A stretch of 64,000 nucleotides of DNA from Oculina patagonica (lineage: Eukaryota), in assembly GCF_052425735.1 (NCBI RefSeq), contig NC_135758.1:26040001-26104000 (forward strand), in the 5' to 3' direction. A program made the position numbers and the translations under genes. Of this stretch, positions 12,665 through 25,416 are shown piece after piece; positions within the stretch are counted from its first letter, which is position 1, and each line of letters starts with the position of its first letter. A model generated the notes under the pieces. The model worked only from the letters and a program-made list of their open reading frames with translations, had not been told where the DNA came from and did no database searches.

Positions 12665-13336
12665 CCAGCTTCCCAGTTCCGTCATTCGAGAGCAGAGCTC
12701 ATCAGCCGCAGTGAAACACAGCTCCACCATCGGTTCTTGTCGTTCTTCGTTCATGGAGGCGGCAGCGATGATTTCTCCGGCAATGATAACAAGCATAGTA
12801 ACTCCTCTCCACGAAAACGTCAGTTCTGTACAGTCGATATCCTCTTCAAAATCCACCAACTCTCTCCTCATCTCGTTACTCGATTCCACTGTAGGGATGA
12901 TAGCTGTGATGTCAACTTTGTCTCGAACGATTTCTCTAAGTCTCCCTAAATACCCAGCTACTCTTTTTACGGCCACAGAAGAACAAAGTAAATCCGATTG
13001 TAAGATTTTCCTCGCATGGAAATCCAGAAGTAGTGTCAGATCCCGCTTGATTTCAAACTTGGTCAACTCAGCAACGATGTCAACTCTTCTGATTTCATGC
13101 ATAGCATCCTTCACGAAATTTACGTCTTCCCACGAGATCTTTCTCTCGTGCTCTAAAGTATGTAATATGTCAACAGTATCAGTAACGTTTGTCGGGACAA
13201 GTCCGTTGCAGTATTGACGAAACTTTCTCTGGTGTTTTTTACCCAAATTAAATGAAATCTGTAGTAAAACACCATTGTAAGTTTGTCTCAGTTTGTCAGT
13301 CACAGTATGTGTCGAAGGTAACATGGCAGATGCCAT
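12665..13336 (-). CDS. A2 DED-Bcl-2-like protein, exon 1
   Basis: DED (RRVDI) plus Bcl-2-like region; ends ELGSW|gtaagc; ATG 13336 lies downstream of the TATA box at 13387-13393. Confidence 0.88.
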
Positions 13337-13386
13337 TTGTAGTTCAGTCAGTCCAGCTAAGCAGCTAAGCGAGTGCATTCCCGGCT

Positions 13387-13518
13387 TTTTATATCTTAGA
13401 ATGTTAAACAACACCAAATTAGGGAAGTGTGATGACGTGGTTTAGAAAACTTCTTAGCAACCATGAATAATACATTTTGTTGTGCCCAGGTCACTCCCAG
13501 TCACAAAAAAGTGAAAGT
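13387..13518. promoter_or_regulatory. A2 promoter: TATA box, TGACGTGG (CRE/UPRE-like) and IRF-type AAAGTGAAAGT
   Basis: TATAAAA on the minus strand at 13387-13393, TGACGTGG at 13433-13440, AAAGTGAAAGT at 13508-13518; the same motifs occur in the A3/B1 spacer. Confidence 0.55.
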
Positions 13519-13840
13519 GCTATATGCATAGCGATTGCCCGGATGTTTGCCAAGTATTTAATCTATCTTGCGCAAAATTCCGTACGAACTGTTTTCAGTT
13601 GAAATTGATGTCAGTCGAAAATTAAACTATACAAAAGGGCAGTTACCATGTTTATATACAGATATACAGTCAAACCGGATGTTCTTTTGATGGCAACCTT
13701 GCAAACCTCCGCCGCAACCTTGGTAATTTGATTGACAGTTTGAGTGGAGCAAGTTGCAACCCACGCGAGCAAGTTGCAACTTCTTTTGGCTCCGTTTTCA
13801 AATTTTATTTGATGTGTAAGTTGCAAATTTTGCGGTTTTT

Positions 13841-14857
13841 ATGGCTCACGTACATCGTAATCATCCCACTTCAGTTGAGAAAAGGGAACAAATAGTTGCC
13901 TTGTGGTCGTCTGGCACAAAACAGGCACAAATCGCAGAAGTTGTTGGATTATCGCCACAAACTGTATCCAATATTGTGAAACATTTTCTGCAACATGGGA
14001 CGTATTTTCCCGGAAAACCTGGTTGGAAAGAACGAACAGTTTCTACCCCAGAAGTCGTTGAATTTGTGGAATACTGTAAAATAACTAAACCTAGTACTTA
14101 TAATTCAGAAATCAGGCAAGCTCTTGTTGGCAACGGAATATGTACGGCCGCCAATGTTCCATCTTGTTCTACAATTAGCGACATTTTGAGGCAAGACCTA
14201 AATTTCACTTTCAAAAAACTTTCCGTTTACCCTGAAGAGTCGCTCAGTGAGGAAAACCTTATAAAAACGCAAGACTACATTATGTTCATGGCTGGAGTTG
14301 ACCCGTTAAGAGTTCATTTTTTTGATGAATCATCAGTGACCAAGACAACACCAAATCGAAATTATGGGCATAGCAGTAAAGGGCAGCCAGCTATTGAAGT
14401 GAAGCGCTATTCTTCAAACGCTACCTACACAGTAAACCTCCTTCATAGTTGTTTTGGAGTAGACTATTTCAACATATTGGAAGGACCTTCTAATGGCCTT
14501 GAAATGCTCCACTTTTTTGAAGAAAGCATGGATATTGTAGACCCAGTTTACGGTAATCCTGTCCTTGCGAATGGTGATATTATTGTGATGGATAATTGCG
14601 GTTTTCATCACGGACGATTTGCAGAAGATGAACTACGAAGAATGCTCGGACGCCGTGGTATTGAACTTGTATTTCAGCCGCCTTATAGTCCCAATTTTAA
14701 TACGTGTGAATTTTGTTTTAGACACATGAAATTATTCTTAAGAAAGCATGAACAATTTTCCCAAAATTACACTGAACTTGCTATTATCGAGGCTTTGCAA
14801 ACACTCACGCCAACAATGTCCCAGAAGTTCTTTCAGCATTGCGGATTTGTCATTTAA
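13841..14857 (+). CDS. DD38E transposase with an N-terminal paired-type (Pax-like) DNA-binding domain
   Basis: Intact 338 aa; catalytic motifs FFDES, VMDN and YSPNFNTCE with 38 residues between the second D and the E. Confidence 0.93.
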   Translation: MAHVHRNHPTSVEKREQIVALWSSGTKQAQIAEVVGLSPQTVSNIVKHFLQHGTYFPGKPGWKERTVSTPEVVEFVEYCKITKPSTYNSEIRQALVGNGICTAANVPSCSTISDILRQDLNFTFKKLSVYPEESLSEENLIKTQDYIMFMAGVDPLRVHFFDESSVTKTTPNRNYGHSSKGQPAIEVKRYSSNATYTVNLLHSCFGVDYFNILEGPSNGLEMLHFFEESMDIVDPVYGNPVLANGDIIVMDNCGFHHGRFAEDELRRMLGRRGIELVFQPPYSPNFNTCEFCFRHMKLFLRKHEQFSQNYTELAIIEALQTLTPTMSQKFFQHCGFVI

Positions 14858-15335
14858 AGTTAGTTTACAAGTTCAAGTAAATAAATAAAGTCATTTCCTT
14901 TAGTCATAATAAAGCATGTCAAATTATTGACGAACGGTATGCACTGAAATTCGTGGCAAATGTAGTTAATTTAATCTTCAGGAACACCGAACAGTGTAGG
15001 TTTGTATTTGTGAGTTGATTTTCGCTGGAACTTTATGTGTACATGTAGCATGTAAACACAGCTGTATTCTTGTTAATGTTTTTTATTAAAAGAACTCTTA
15101 CACTATTATTCTGAATAAGAAAAGAGCAATTTATATTATCAACAGCAAACTCGGCGCCTGAGTTGGCGACGGCTACATATTTTTAAATTGTAAACAAACA
15201 TGAAGTTTTTAATTATTCATTGTATGGCATGTAACGCAACATTTCCTCGCCATGAAAAACTATAAACAACACGTTCCCCCAGTTTGAACTCAACATAAAC
15301 GTTCTCTACCTGAGATCGCTTGAAACAGTTATCGC

Positions 15336-16716
15336 TTAACTCTTCCCGCAGTTGTTACTGTCAGTAATGGCAACCGCTATTGTTGCGAGTTCGTCCAAAC
15401 TACATTTTTGTTTGTCTGAAACAGCCTTTGAACGATTATGATTATCCTCTGGTTCACTGGAACTGTCATATTTTCGGCGCTTTTTCCGAGACTTCTTTGA
15501 CCGGCTCTTCTTGCGACGATGAGATTTCTTCTTTCGACGCTTACGTTTTCTTTCAGGCGACGACTCCGACTCTTCGCTACTTTCAGAGCTAGGACTTCTT
15601 GACCTTTTCTGTCTTCGTTCTGTTCGCACAAGTGACACGGCAAAATTAACTGTTGTTTGATTCCCATTTGCGCTTGCCTTTACATCTACCGGGGCATAAA
15701 CTTCATTCATGATGTTTCTTTGTTTATCCAGTAACGATGTAAATAATTCTCGGTCGCTAATTGAATCTGCACGTAGGGGAATTTTATTAGCACAAGCTAA
15801 TCTCAATGTTGCAATGTCCTTTTGCAATTCTAGTTTTCCTTGTGCCGTTTTATAAGGAGTATTTCTCTGGGAAGGCTTTAGCCAGTCGCGGAGTAATTGC
15901 TGATGAGAATGCCGATATTGATTTGGACTGAAAAGAATCGAAGTTCTTTTTTTCCATTGTTACAGTGTCAATTTCTTTCTGAAGGTCTTTGAGTTGTTTT
16001 TTCATATTCCTTATTTCCTCAAAATATTCAGGGTGTTTTTTCTTTTGTCCACAAGAAATATATGAATTACAAGGTGGCGATTTGCATGAACCGTTCCCGC
16101 GGTTTCCCTCAGCCCTGTGGCCACGAATGTGACAATTCCCGCAAATCATGGTTCCGTAGCCGCCAACGCGTGGCGGCTCAACTACATCAATTTCGAGTTC
16201 TCGAATGTGTGTTTCGACAGCCAACTTGCTGTCGTTAAGACTTTGAAGCTTCTGTGTTAGCTGATTTCCTTTGGAAATTTTCCAGTCGCAGACGTCTGCC
16301 GCTGCCGATCTCTCAGAATTTACACTGCTCGCAAACGAGGGAAGAAGGCTCTTGGGTTTCGTTGTTGAAGTGCTTTCCGCACTTGTCCCTACCAAATTAG
16401 CGGAGCGTCTTTTCAGCAAAAACGGAGAGTCACTCTCTCTTACCTTTAAATGGACACGTCGGTAGATTTCTGATCCGCAAGGCGAAGCGTTTCTGAAGGC
16501 TTCCAATACATGTAAAGTCTCATCCCTGTCGATATTTATAAACGTTTGTAAAGACACATCCTTGTAGGATACTACTATTTGTTCGTTGTCAACACCTCGA
16601 AGAACTGGAATAGCTTTTTTCACGCGATCAAGAAGCTCGTTGTAGTTGTTGACTGGCTCCTCAACGTAGAAACTGGCAAATCTATCCTCAAAATACTGTA
16701 GCAGCACCTGAAACAT
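15336..16716 (-). CDS. Transposon cargo ORF2 (~459 aa if the 1-nt frameshift at ~15852 is repaired): PB1-like, coiled coils, Cys/His zinc motif, basic RS-rich tail
   Basis: ORFs 15850-16716 and 15336-15827 join as KYSL-KTAQGKLELQKD if one base is removed; lies entirely inside the TIRs. Confidence 0.7.
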
Positions 16717-17529
16717 TTTGCAAATAACAACAAGCCGTAACCACGAGGTCAATGAACTGAGCAACTTGCTCGCGCGGGTTGCAACTTGCTCCACTCAAAC
16801 TGTCAATCAAATTACCAAGGTTGCGGCGGAAGTTTGCAAGGTTGCCATCAAAAGAACATCCGGTTTGACTGTAACATAGTTATAATGAGAAGAACTTATC
16901 CCTTGTGCTCGTCACAATGAATATCAATGGAGTTATTTATGATTTTACCGTACCCAAATTCGCAAGTAGCCAATCAGAAGCGCGATCTACTGTCCTGATA
17001 TCCTACGATATCAAGTCACTGTCCTGATATGCCACAATATTATGGTCACTTTAAAGTAAAGTAATGTTACCGTCCAATAAATTGAAAAGAGGTTTAACTA
17101 ATAAAACAGAACCTCGTTATTTAAATTTAGCTGGTGTTTACCTGTCGTAAAATGACGAGAAAAACTTTCCCGCCAAAACTAAACTTGAGCGCGCTCGCCA
17201 ATTGCGCCAATTGCGCACTTTAAAACCCCGACTATTCTTTTCAGTTGAAATAACTGCAAATTGAGCACTAAATGATGGACACTACTAAAAGAACAAATTA
17301 AAACACTGTTATACGTACCATTCATATAAACCACGCAAAAATTGACAAATTGCACCTTTTATTAGCCAACACCATTTCCTTACATAAAATAACTAAGCGC
17401 TTACTAATTTTAACCAGGCCCCAGTTAATCATAGAAAGGATAAAGCCAACTACAGGATAAATTACAATCCAGTGGACAGCGTAGTTAGTTTTGTCAACAA
17501 ATGTCCACTAGTTAGCAATTTATTCAAAT

Positions 17530-18090
17530 TATTTTTGGGTGATGAGGCAATCTCGTTCCCAAAGTCCTCGATCCTTTTGGTCAGCACTTAAAATCGGGAC
17601 CTCTGGGGTCACTTTCGGGTGGAAAAATGATCATGCGCAGTTCTTCTAGCTTCCTTCGAAATTTAAAACCATGACGTTGCCACCAGCAAAAAAGCTGTAT
17701 TTGTGAATTATGAAATTGTATATTTTAATTAAGTCATGTATTTTATTCATTTATATATTTATATTTATTTATTTTCTTCATGCATGCAGTAGATTATTTA
17801 CTATATTTTAATTAAATAGAAAGAGATGAAGAGCCACTATTTGGAAACGCTGTTTTTAACCCCTTACTTACTTGCTTGCTTACTTTCTTACCAGCAATTT
17901 CTCGAAAGAATGTTAAAGTGTGAGACTGACTTCAAGGAGTCTGTGCATGATCCGTCGTGTTAGGTCATTATCCATCGATAAGCGAGAAGTATTGAGTCAC
18001 TAAAGTGTTGGGTATAATTCCGGAGTCGATAAAAGATGTCAACGTATGCTAGTCATGGTGATATGTTCAGATCTATCGAGTTTGTGTAGT
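17530..18090 (+). pseudogene. Decayed B-family upstream region and 5' CDS (B-psi3)
   Basis: GATGAGGCAATCTCGTTCCC...ATGATCATGCGCA...ATGACGTTGCCACCAGCAA (ATG 17671), plus B-like sequence at 17900-18090. Confidence 0.65.
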
Positions 18091-18550
18091 GATATGTTGT
18101 TGAGACACAGGTTTGCCATCCTATGTTTGTGTCTGTATGGTCACAGCTTGCCAATATAAAAGTTCAAATTTCTTCACTAATGCTTTTTTTTTAATATTTA
18201 AAATTCCTAAAATAGGCTTTATACGGCTTTGTATTTACAATAAAATGAAGTAGAAAATTTTTGCATTGTTTAAAGGGGCTTTGTCATGAATTTGAACATA
18301 TTTCGTAGCAGCCAAAATATGTATTTGTGTTGTTGGAAACCTAAATATTATGTCCATTTTACTGCTATTTAGCGTTCCGAAAGAAACGACGACCCAATCC
18401 CATCCCCTCCCCCCAACCTCAAAGGTAGCGAAAGATTTCACGGTTCTTCGCAATTTCCGAATTTAAAGACCCTCTGAAAGTAACGAAAGTAAAAGTTGCG
18501 AAAGTAGCGTAACTTGACTTATTAGTAAAAAAAAGTGGGAAAAACAGATA

Positions 18551-19090
18551 CAGTAAAAACCCGCGTATAAGAACCTAACATTTAAGAACCTGTTAGGCTA
18601 AAATTTCATTTTTAAGCACCTTTCACATAAGAACCATTTTAGGCTAAAATTCTAAAACAGGTTCTTGTTTTCAAAAAAGAAAAAAATTATCTTCTCAAAA
18701 ATATAGAATTAAAAAATCTTTTCAAAAATATATTTATAACACAGTCTGTACACATAATAGCTACAGCATAGTTACATAAAACTTGTCCTCCTTGAATATA
18801 ATTATTAACTGAGATGAACAGATGAACCTTATGAAATCACAGTACATGAATTCAAAAATAAATCTGCGTCCATGTAGAACAAAAGCAACTTCCAGATTGG
18901 ACATTTTAAAAATACTGTTATTGGACATTAAAGACCAGATCATTTAAAAATTCTACTTTATTTCTTGAACAAAACTTAAGAACCTAATTAAGAACCTAGT
19001 TAGCCTAATTTTACACTAAATACCATTTATATAAAAACCTGTTTAGGCTAACTTGAAAAAACCTAGGTTCTTATACGCGGGTTTTTACTG
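18551..19090. mobile_element. Tc1/mariner-type MITE
   Basis: 27-bp TIR CAGTAAAAACCCGCGTATAAGAACCTA with TA on both sides. Confidence 0.85.
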
Positions 19091-21363
19091 TACAGCAAGT
19101 TGTACTGAACTGATGTCTTTGTTTGGATGACCCTCATTCTACTGGTAATATGACAATTTAAGCCCATGGGCTTATATTTAGGTATAGCTCATAAACGTTT
19201 TCGATTGTAACACCCACTTTACGTTTTTAGACAATGCTCAGAGGCCGGTAATTTGTTTAACGACTGTAGGACTTGTTTTTGGTTTCATATGTTTAGAGAG
19301 TTTCAACATGAAGTATTATTATATACGATAGAACATTTCTAGACACGGCTAATATCTGTCCAAATAGAGACCAAACAGTTTTGAAACGCAGACTTTCATC
19401 CAAAAATAATCACCCCCCCCCCTCCCCCCTCGCCCGCAACCCTCGTATCATTTGAAATCAGCCCTCACCGAAAATAAACCCACCTAAAATGCAATGACAA
19501 ACGACGCCTTGGGACCTAACTCAGGCATCTTAAAAGGCTTTTTTGCGAATGAACAAATCACAACTTGAATGGCACAATTACACCTATGAAAGAGACAACT
19601 TCAACAAGTTCCTGGGTATCTGAAACACATAACAACACTGAAATAAATTATCAAACAACAATTTAACGTCACATCCTTTATTGAAGTTGAACAATTACTT
19701 GATACAAGTTGCGATATTCTCAAGTGAAATATAATTTCATTTTTCATTAAACGTTGTCGTTGACGTTGTGTCGTCGTTGCTTAACAACAAGTGCGGTCTG
19801 CGGAATCGGTCTGCAGTCGTCTTCAAAAACACCAATTATGACGTCACAAACGAACCAGCATGTAAAAAAGGGCTACTTTGTGATTGATACCGCAAACTAT
19901 TACACCCATGGAGTAAAAAAAGGGGAAAAGGCCTCTTACTCTCTTTTAGGAGGGGTTGTATTCGGGGAAGGCTGATATACTAGGGTGCGGGTGGGGGAAA
20001 CCTTAGCAACCATGAATTCATTTGATTTGATAGGAATGAATTGCTTCAAGCTCGTCCCCAAATTCCTCTCCCTCCCTTCGTCGAGAGAGTTCGATTCCGG
20101 CTTCCAAGAGGAGGAGAGAGCACTCCGGCTGATAAGTTTACATTTTTGACATGGCTCGGATTAACTATGGAAAGACCTAGACCTATATAGCTTTTTCTAG
20201 ACTTTTATTTAGGAAAGCGTTGGACGATTTTTACTTGTAATATTTTATTGTAGTTTTTTAAGGTTTTTAACTTAGTGCATGATCCGCTTTTTACACAATT
20301 TTCATATTATATTATATAATTAGTAATTTTAGTAATTTTTAATTTTTAATCAGCAGGACCCCGTTGATAACAGTACGCGTGTACTGAAGGGCTATCCTGG
20401 ATAAACATTCGATTATTATTATTATTACCTTATACAAATCTCTTGCGCTTAAAACCCCAACCTCCTGCCCCCCTCGGCTCCCCCCTTCCGAAAATAAGCC
20501 CCTCCGCTGAAAAGCCTATCCGAAAGTGGGATTTTGCAATAACTTAATTTATTTAGCTATATATAGCTCTAAAATAACGTTTCCCATTATAACCCCTACT
20601 TTACGTTGTTAGAGTATGCTCAGAGGCCTTTAATGTTTGTTTTACGACTGTTGGACATGTTTTGTGTTAAAAATAGGTCTGTTTAGAAAGTTTTAGTCAA
20701 GGTGTAATATGTTTGTTGAATATTACAATATTTATTTTATAAATATGTATTTTATAATAATTTATTTTATAATTAGTATGGACCATTTACACGGCCTTAT
20801 GCGCCTACTGGCGCGACGAGAAATGTTGTTGTTGTTGATGATGATGATTATGATGATGATGAAAATTTACAGTAAACTACACAGTGTCCTGTCCAAATAG
20901 AAATCCAACCTTTTTGAACGCAAATTTCCATCAGAAAATAACCCCACCCCCTGTCCTGTCCCACTCGCTAGTAGATCATCCCTCCCCGAAACTATGTCCA
21001 CCAAAAGGAGACCTTGGAAAAAATATGCAAATGAACAAATCACAACTTGAATGGCACAATAACAGCCATGAAAGAGACAACTTCATAAAGTTTCCGGGTA
21101 CTAGAAACATACAACAACAAATAAATTGTCAAACAACGATTTAACGTCAAATCCTTTATTGAAGTTGAACAATTACTTGACAACCTCTAGCTTAGTACGA
21201 CAATCCAGTTTTTGAGTTTGCTTTGACATTGAACATGTTATTATCCTAATTAACCGCCATGGATAATTTTCATGTTGTTCAGTCGGTTTCTTTGTTTCAC
21301 TTGTTGCATTTTGTTTTCTTACTTCAACTTGTTTTTGACTCGGTATGTCTTTCAAAATAAAAC

Positions 21364-22655
21364 TCATATTCCGTGTGTCCGTTTAACGGTATCACTTTTT
21401 AAAACATATCTGCATCACCATACATGTAGTATGTGTTTAAAACTTCTTAAATGTATTCTGTTTAATAATAAATTCATATTCCGTGTGTTCGTATAACGGT
21501 ATCACTTTTTAAAACATATCTGCATCACCATACATGTAGTATGTGTTTAAAACTTCTTAAATGTATTCTGTTTAATAATAAATTCATATTCCGTGTGTTC
21601 GTATAACGGTATCACCTTTTAAAACATATCTGCATCACCATACATGTGGTATGTGTTTAAAACTTCTTAAATGTATTCTGTTTAATAATAAATTCATATT
21701 CCGTGTGTTCGTATAACGGTATCACCTTTTAAAACATATCTGCAACACCATACATGTAGTATGTGTTTAAAACTTCTTAAATGTATTCTGTTTAATAATA
21801 AATTCATATTCCGTGTGTTCGTATAACGGTATCACCTTTTAAAACATATCTGCAACACCATACATGTGGTATGTGTTTAAAACTTCTTAAATGTATTCTG
21901 TTTAATAATAAATTCATATTCCGTGTGTTCGTATAACGGTATCACCTTTTAAAACATATCTGCATCACCATACATGTGGTATGTGTTTAAAACTTCTTAA
22001 ATGTATTCTGTTTAATAATAAATTCATATTCCGTGTGTTCGTATAACGGTATCACCTTTTAAAACATATCTGCAACACCATACATGTAGTATGTGTTTAA
22101 AACTTCTTAAATGTATTCTGTTTAATAATAAATTCATATTCCGTGTGTTCGTATAACGGTATCACCTTTTAAAACATATCTGCAACACCATACATGTGGT
22201 ATGTGTTTAAAACTTCTTAAATGTATTCTGTTTAATAATAAATTCATATTCCGTGTGTTCGTATAACGGTATCACCTTTTAAAACATATCTGCAACACCA
22301 TACATGTGGTATGTGTTTAAAACTTCTTAAATGTATTCTGTTTAATAATAAATTCATATTCCGTGTGTTCGTATAACGGTATCACCTTTTAAAACATATC
22401 TGCAACACCATACATGTGGTATGTGTTTAAAACTTCTTAAATGTATTCTGTTTAATAATAAATTCATATTCCGTGTGTTCGTATAACGGTATCACCTTTT
22501 AAAACATATCTGCATCACCATACATGTGGTATGTGTTTAAAACTTCTTAAATGTATTCTGTTTAATAATAAATTCATATTCCGTGTGTTCGTATAACGGT
22601 ATCACCTTTTAAAACATATCTGCAACACCATACATGTAGTATGTGTTTAAAACTT
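21364..22655. repeat. 110-bp tandem repeat, ~11.7 near-identical copies
   Basis: CCGTGTGT recurs at 21371, 21481, 21591 and so on to 22581. Confidence 0.97.
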
Positions 22656-22776
22656 ATATTCATCAAATTATATTCATCGAATTCTTTTTCACTTTTTTCT
22701 TCTTTTTTTATGAGGTTTATTATCAGTCTGTCTGTCATGTAATTCTTGTCGAGAAAATAAACCATTAAAACTACAT

Positions 22777-22935
22777 TTAGTTGTGACTACTATTTACTGG
22801 AAAGAAGATAGCATCTACAAACTGTTGAACTACTTCTGCTCTCTGCCTCTGCAAGGACAAGCTAGGATTGGACTCCATGTTCTGTTGATGGTAAACTAGA
22901 TTGTATCTTGCCTTCACGTGGACACAAAAATCTTC
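22777..22935 (-). CDS. A3 DED-Bcl-2-like protein, exon 2 (EDFCVHVKARY...EVVQQFVDAIFFPVNSSHN*)
   Basis: tttatag acceptor, open frame. Confidence 0.87.
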   Translation of the reverse strand, partial: EDFCVHVKARYNLVYHQQNMESNPSLSLQRQRAEVVQQFVDAIFFPVNSSHN

Positions 22936-24241
22936 CTATAAATGAAATTAAAAGAAATTAAATCACTAAATTCAGCGGAAAGGGGGGGGGGGGGTGGGGC
23001 TCAGCCCCACCCCATGCCGTGTTCATTGTTGTCTGTTTAACGTATTTACAGACGTGGTTTCCTTTTTTATTTAAGAATACCGCTAACAAATCCGCGTGAC
23101 CGTCTCATCTATATTTAACAAATTTGTGACTGCAAGAGCCAGCTGCTTTTCAAGAAATACTGCGAATAAATTTTTGTGTGTGTTATTTATTTGAAAGCCG
23201 TGTAAGTGACCGGTCAAAATGACCGCCGAACCAAAATTTTGTCCGGACAAATCGTCATTTTGGCCGGACATTGTCCTTTGACCGGCCGTTATTTTGAGCC
23301 CTGGGCTGGGAGGTGTCAAACCTGCAATTGCACTTGTCGACGGGCTTAGTGCACTATTTTGGTATGTAGCAACTTGGAGCTGGCCGAAAGCGCGTTGGAG
23401 TTCCCTCTTATTAGATAAAAATAATGTTTTAGCAATAAGCATGACTGTGCAAGTAAAGGCGTGTGTATAGAACTTAGTATTGGTCCCAATGGCTTCACTG
23501 AATTGTTCTTCGGTCCGGTACAAATCGAATATCACAAGACTCGTCGATTCGAATCCTGTCGAAGCTACCCTTACAGAATTGAAAGCTTGATTTTCTCTGC
23601 TTAATGCGAAATTACTTTAGAATGAGACCAGTTGTTCAGCGTTAATTAATTTCCTTGGTGAACTGATGCCTCCTTTCTGTTTGGTTTCCTGAGAATGTTT
23701 TCGTTACGCCAAGATCCGTAGGCTCACGGTTGTTCCAATTGTAAAAATTGTTGTTAATTCATGATGGTGCTGCTGAAGTAATTTCTAATAAGAGGTTTTG
23801 AATGTTAAACAGTGAAACGTATTGACTGGCCTAATAATGCACTTCTCAATGAGCTCTGATTTGCGTTTATTCCTCTCGACTAACGTACTCGACACCTGAA
23901 GCGACTAAAACCGCATCAGAACACAATATTAAAGCGCCAAGCACATTTAATCAAAAGAAAATATTGTGGATTAGATTTGTTTAACAGGTCAAACGACTTC
24001 CGCCTTGGGTCTTCCTATCTCTTTCGTTTCACTGGATCACGTGTCAAGTTGTAACCAATCGCATAAACTTTTGCAGAATAATTATCTCAACGGGCGCAAG
24101 AACCGAGACCAGCTATTCCGAAATCGAAAAGGTTTGATATCAAAACAAATGAAAGTAAACATACATAAAAAAGCTTGTGTAGAGCACGTAACAGAACACT
24201 ATAGCGGTATATTTCTTGTTATTATACGTTGCATAGCTTAC

Positions 24242-24901
24242 CCAACTTCCTAAGCCAGTCATTCGAGAGCAAAGCTCATCAGCGGCAGTTGAACACAACT
24301 CCGTCAATGCTTCTCGTCGTTCTTCGTTGAAGGAAGCCTTGGTTATGATTTCTCCAGCAATAATAACAAGCATAGTAAATTCATTCCACGAAAATGTCAG
24401 TTCCCTGCAGTCGATCTCCTCTTCAAAATCTACCAACGCTTTCCGAATGTCTTTACTCGATTCCACTGTTAAACTTATCGCTGCGATGTCAACCTTGTCT
24501 CGAACGATTTCCATAAGTCTCACTAAATGTCCTGTTACCACTTTAACGGCTACAGAAGAACAATATAGATCCAATTGTAGAATTTTCCTTGTATAGAAAT
24601 CCAGAAGAAGTGTTAGATCCCGCTTGATTTCAAACTCGGTTAACTCTTTAACGATATCAAATCTTCTAATTTTATGCATAGCTTCTTTCAGTAAATTTAT
24701 ATCCTCCCACGAAATCTTTCTCTCGTGCTCCAAAGTATGTAATATGTCAATAGTATCCTTAACTCGTATAGGAATAAATCCATTGCAGTAATTACTAAGG
24801 TTTCTCTGATGTTCTGTATCCAGTTTAAAAGAAATCTGAAGTAAAACACCATTGTAATCTTGTCGTAGTTTGTCGGTCACAGTTCTTGTTGTCGATGTCA
24901 T
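24242..24901 (-). CDS. A3 DED-Bcl-2-like protein, exon 1
   Basis: gccgccatcATG start; DED (RRFDI); TLLLDFYTRKILQ BH4-like; FSWNEFTMLVIIAGEI BH1-like; GLGSW|gtaagc. Confidence 0.9.
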
Positions 24902-25416
24902 GATGGCGGCTGTGGTAGATGGAATAACAGCCAGGCGAGTGCATTCCCGACATTTTATATCCAAGAATGTTAAACAACACCAAAAAAAGGGAAATGCAGT
25001 GACGTGGTTAACTGAAAGACCTTAGCAACCATGAATACATTTTGCGGTTAGAAATGAATTTTTCAACCTCGTTCCCAAATTCTTTTCCCTTCCTTTATCG
25101 AGAAAGTTCTTTTCTTTCAAAGAGGAAGAGATAGCACTTCGGCTGATTAGTTGGAATTTTTGACATGGCTCGGTTTAACCATGGCAAGACCTCATACAAT
25201 TTTCTTTCCTGCACTTATAAGGAGATCTTTAAATAAATTGAAATGGAAAGGCAGACTAACAACTAGAGTAATTACGAAGACACTACAATTGGTGCCCAGG
25301 CCATTCCCAGTCACGAGAAAGTGAAAGTGTTGAGTGCACAGCGATTACCCGGATGTTCGCAAGTATATAATCATGCGCAATTTGCCGAATGAATTGTGAT
25401 GTTTTAAATCAATATC
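24902..25416. promoter_or_regulatory. Putative bidirectional promoter between A3 and B1
   Basis: Minus-strand TATA at 24953-24959, TGACGTGG at 25000-25007, GAAAGTGAAAGT at 25317-25328, plus-strand TATATAA at 25364-25370. Confidence 0.65.

Larger units (their letters stand above)
13667..16871 (+). mobile_element. 3.2-kb IS630/Tc1/mariner-superfamily transposon with a second ORF
   Basis: 111-bp TIRs (13667-13777, 16761-16871, 2 mismatches) starting CAGTC; TA duplication at 13665-13666 and 16872-16873; empty-site homolog at ~32260-32340. Confidence 0.95.

Noticed and set aside
16717-16794. N-terminal extension of ORF2 and the ORF at 13611-13826
   Set aside because: They run through the TIRs from non-ATG starts
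21364-22655. Possible CRISPR array
   Set aside because: Whole 110-bp units repeat with no unique spacers, there are no cas genes and the context is eukaryotic
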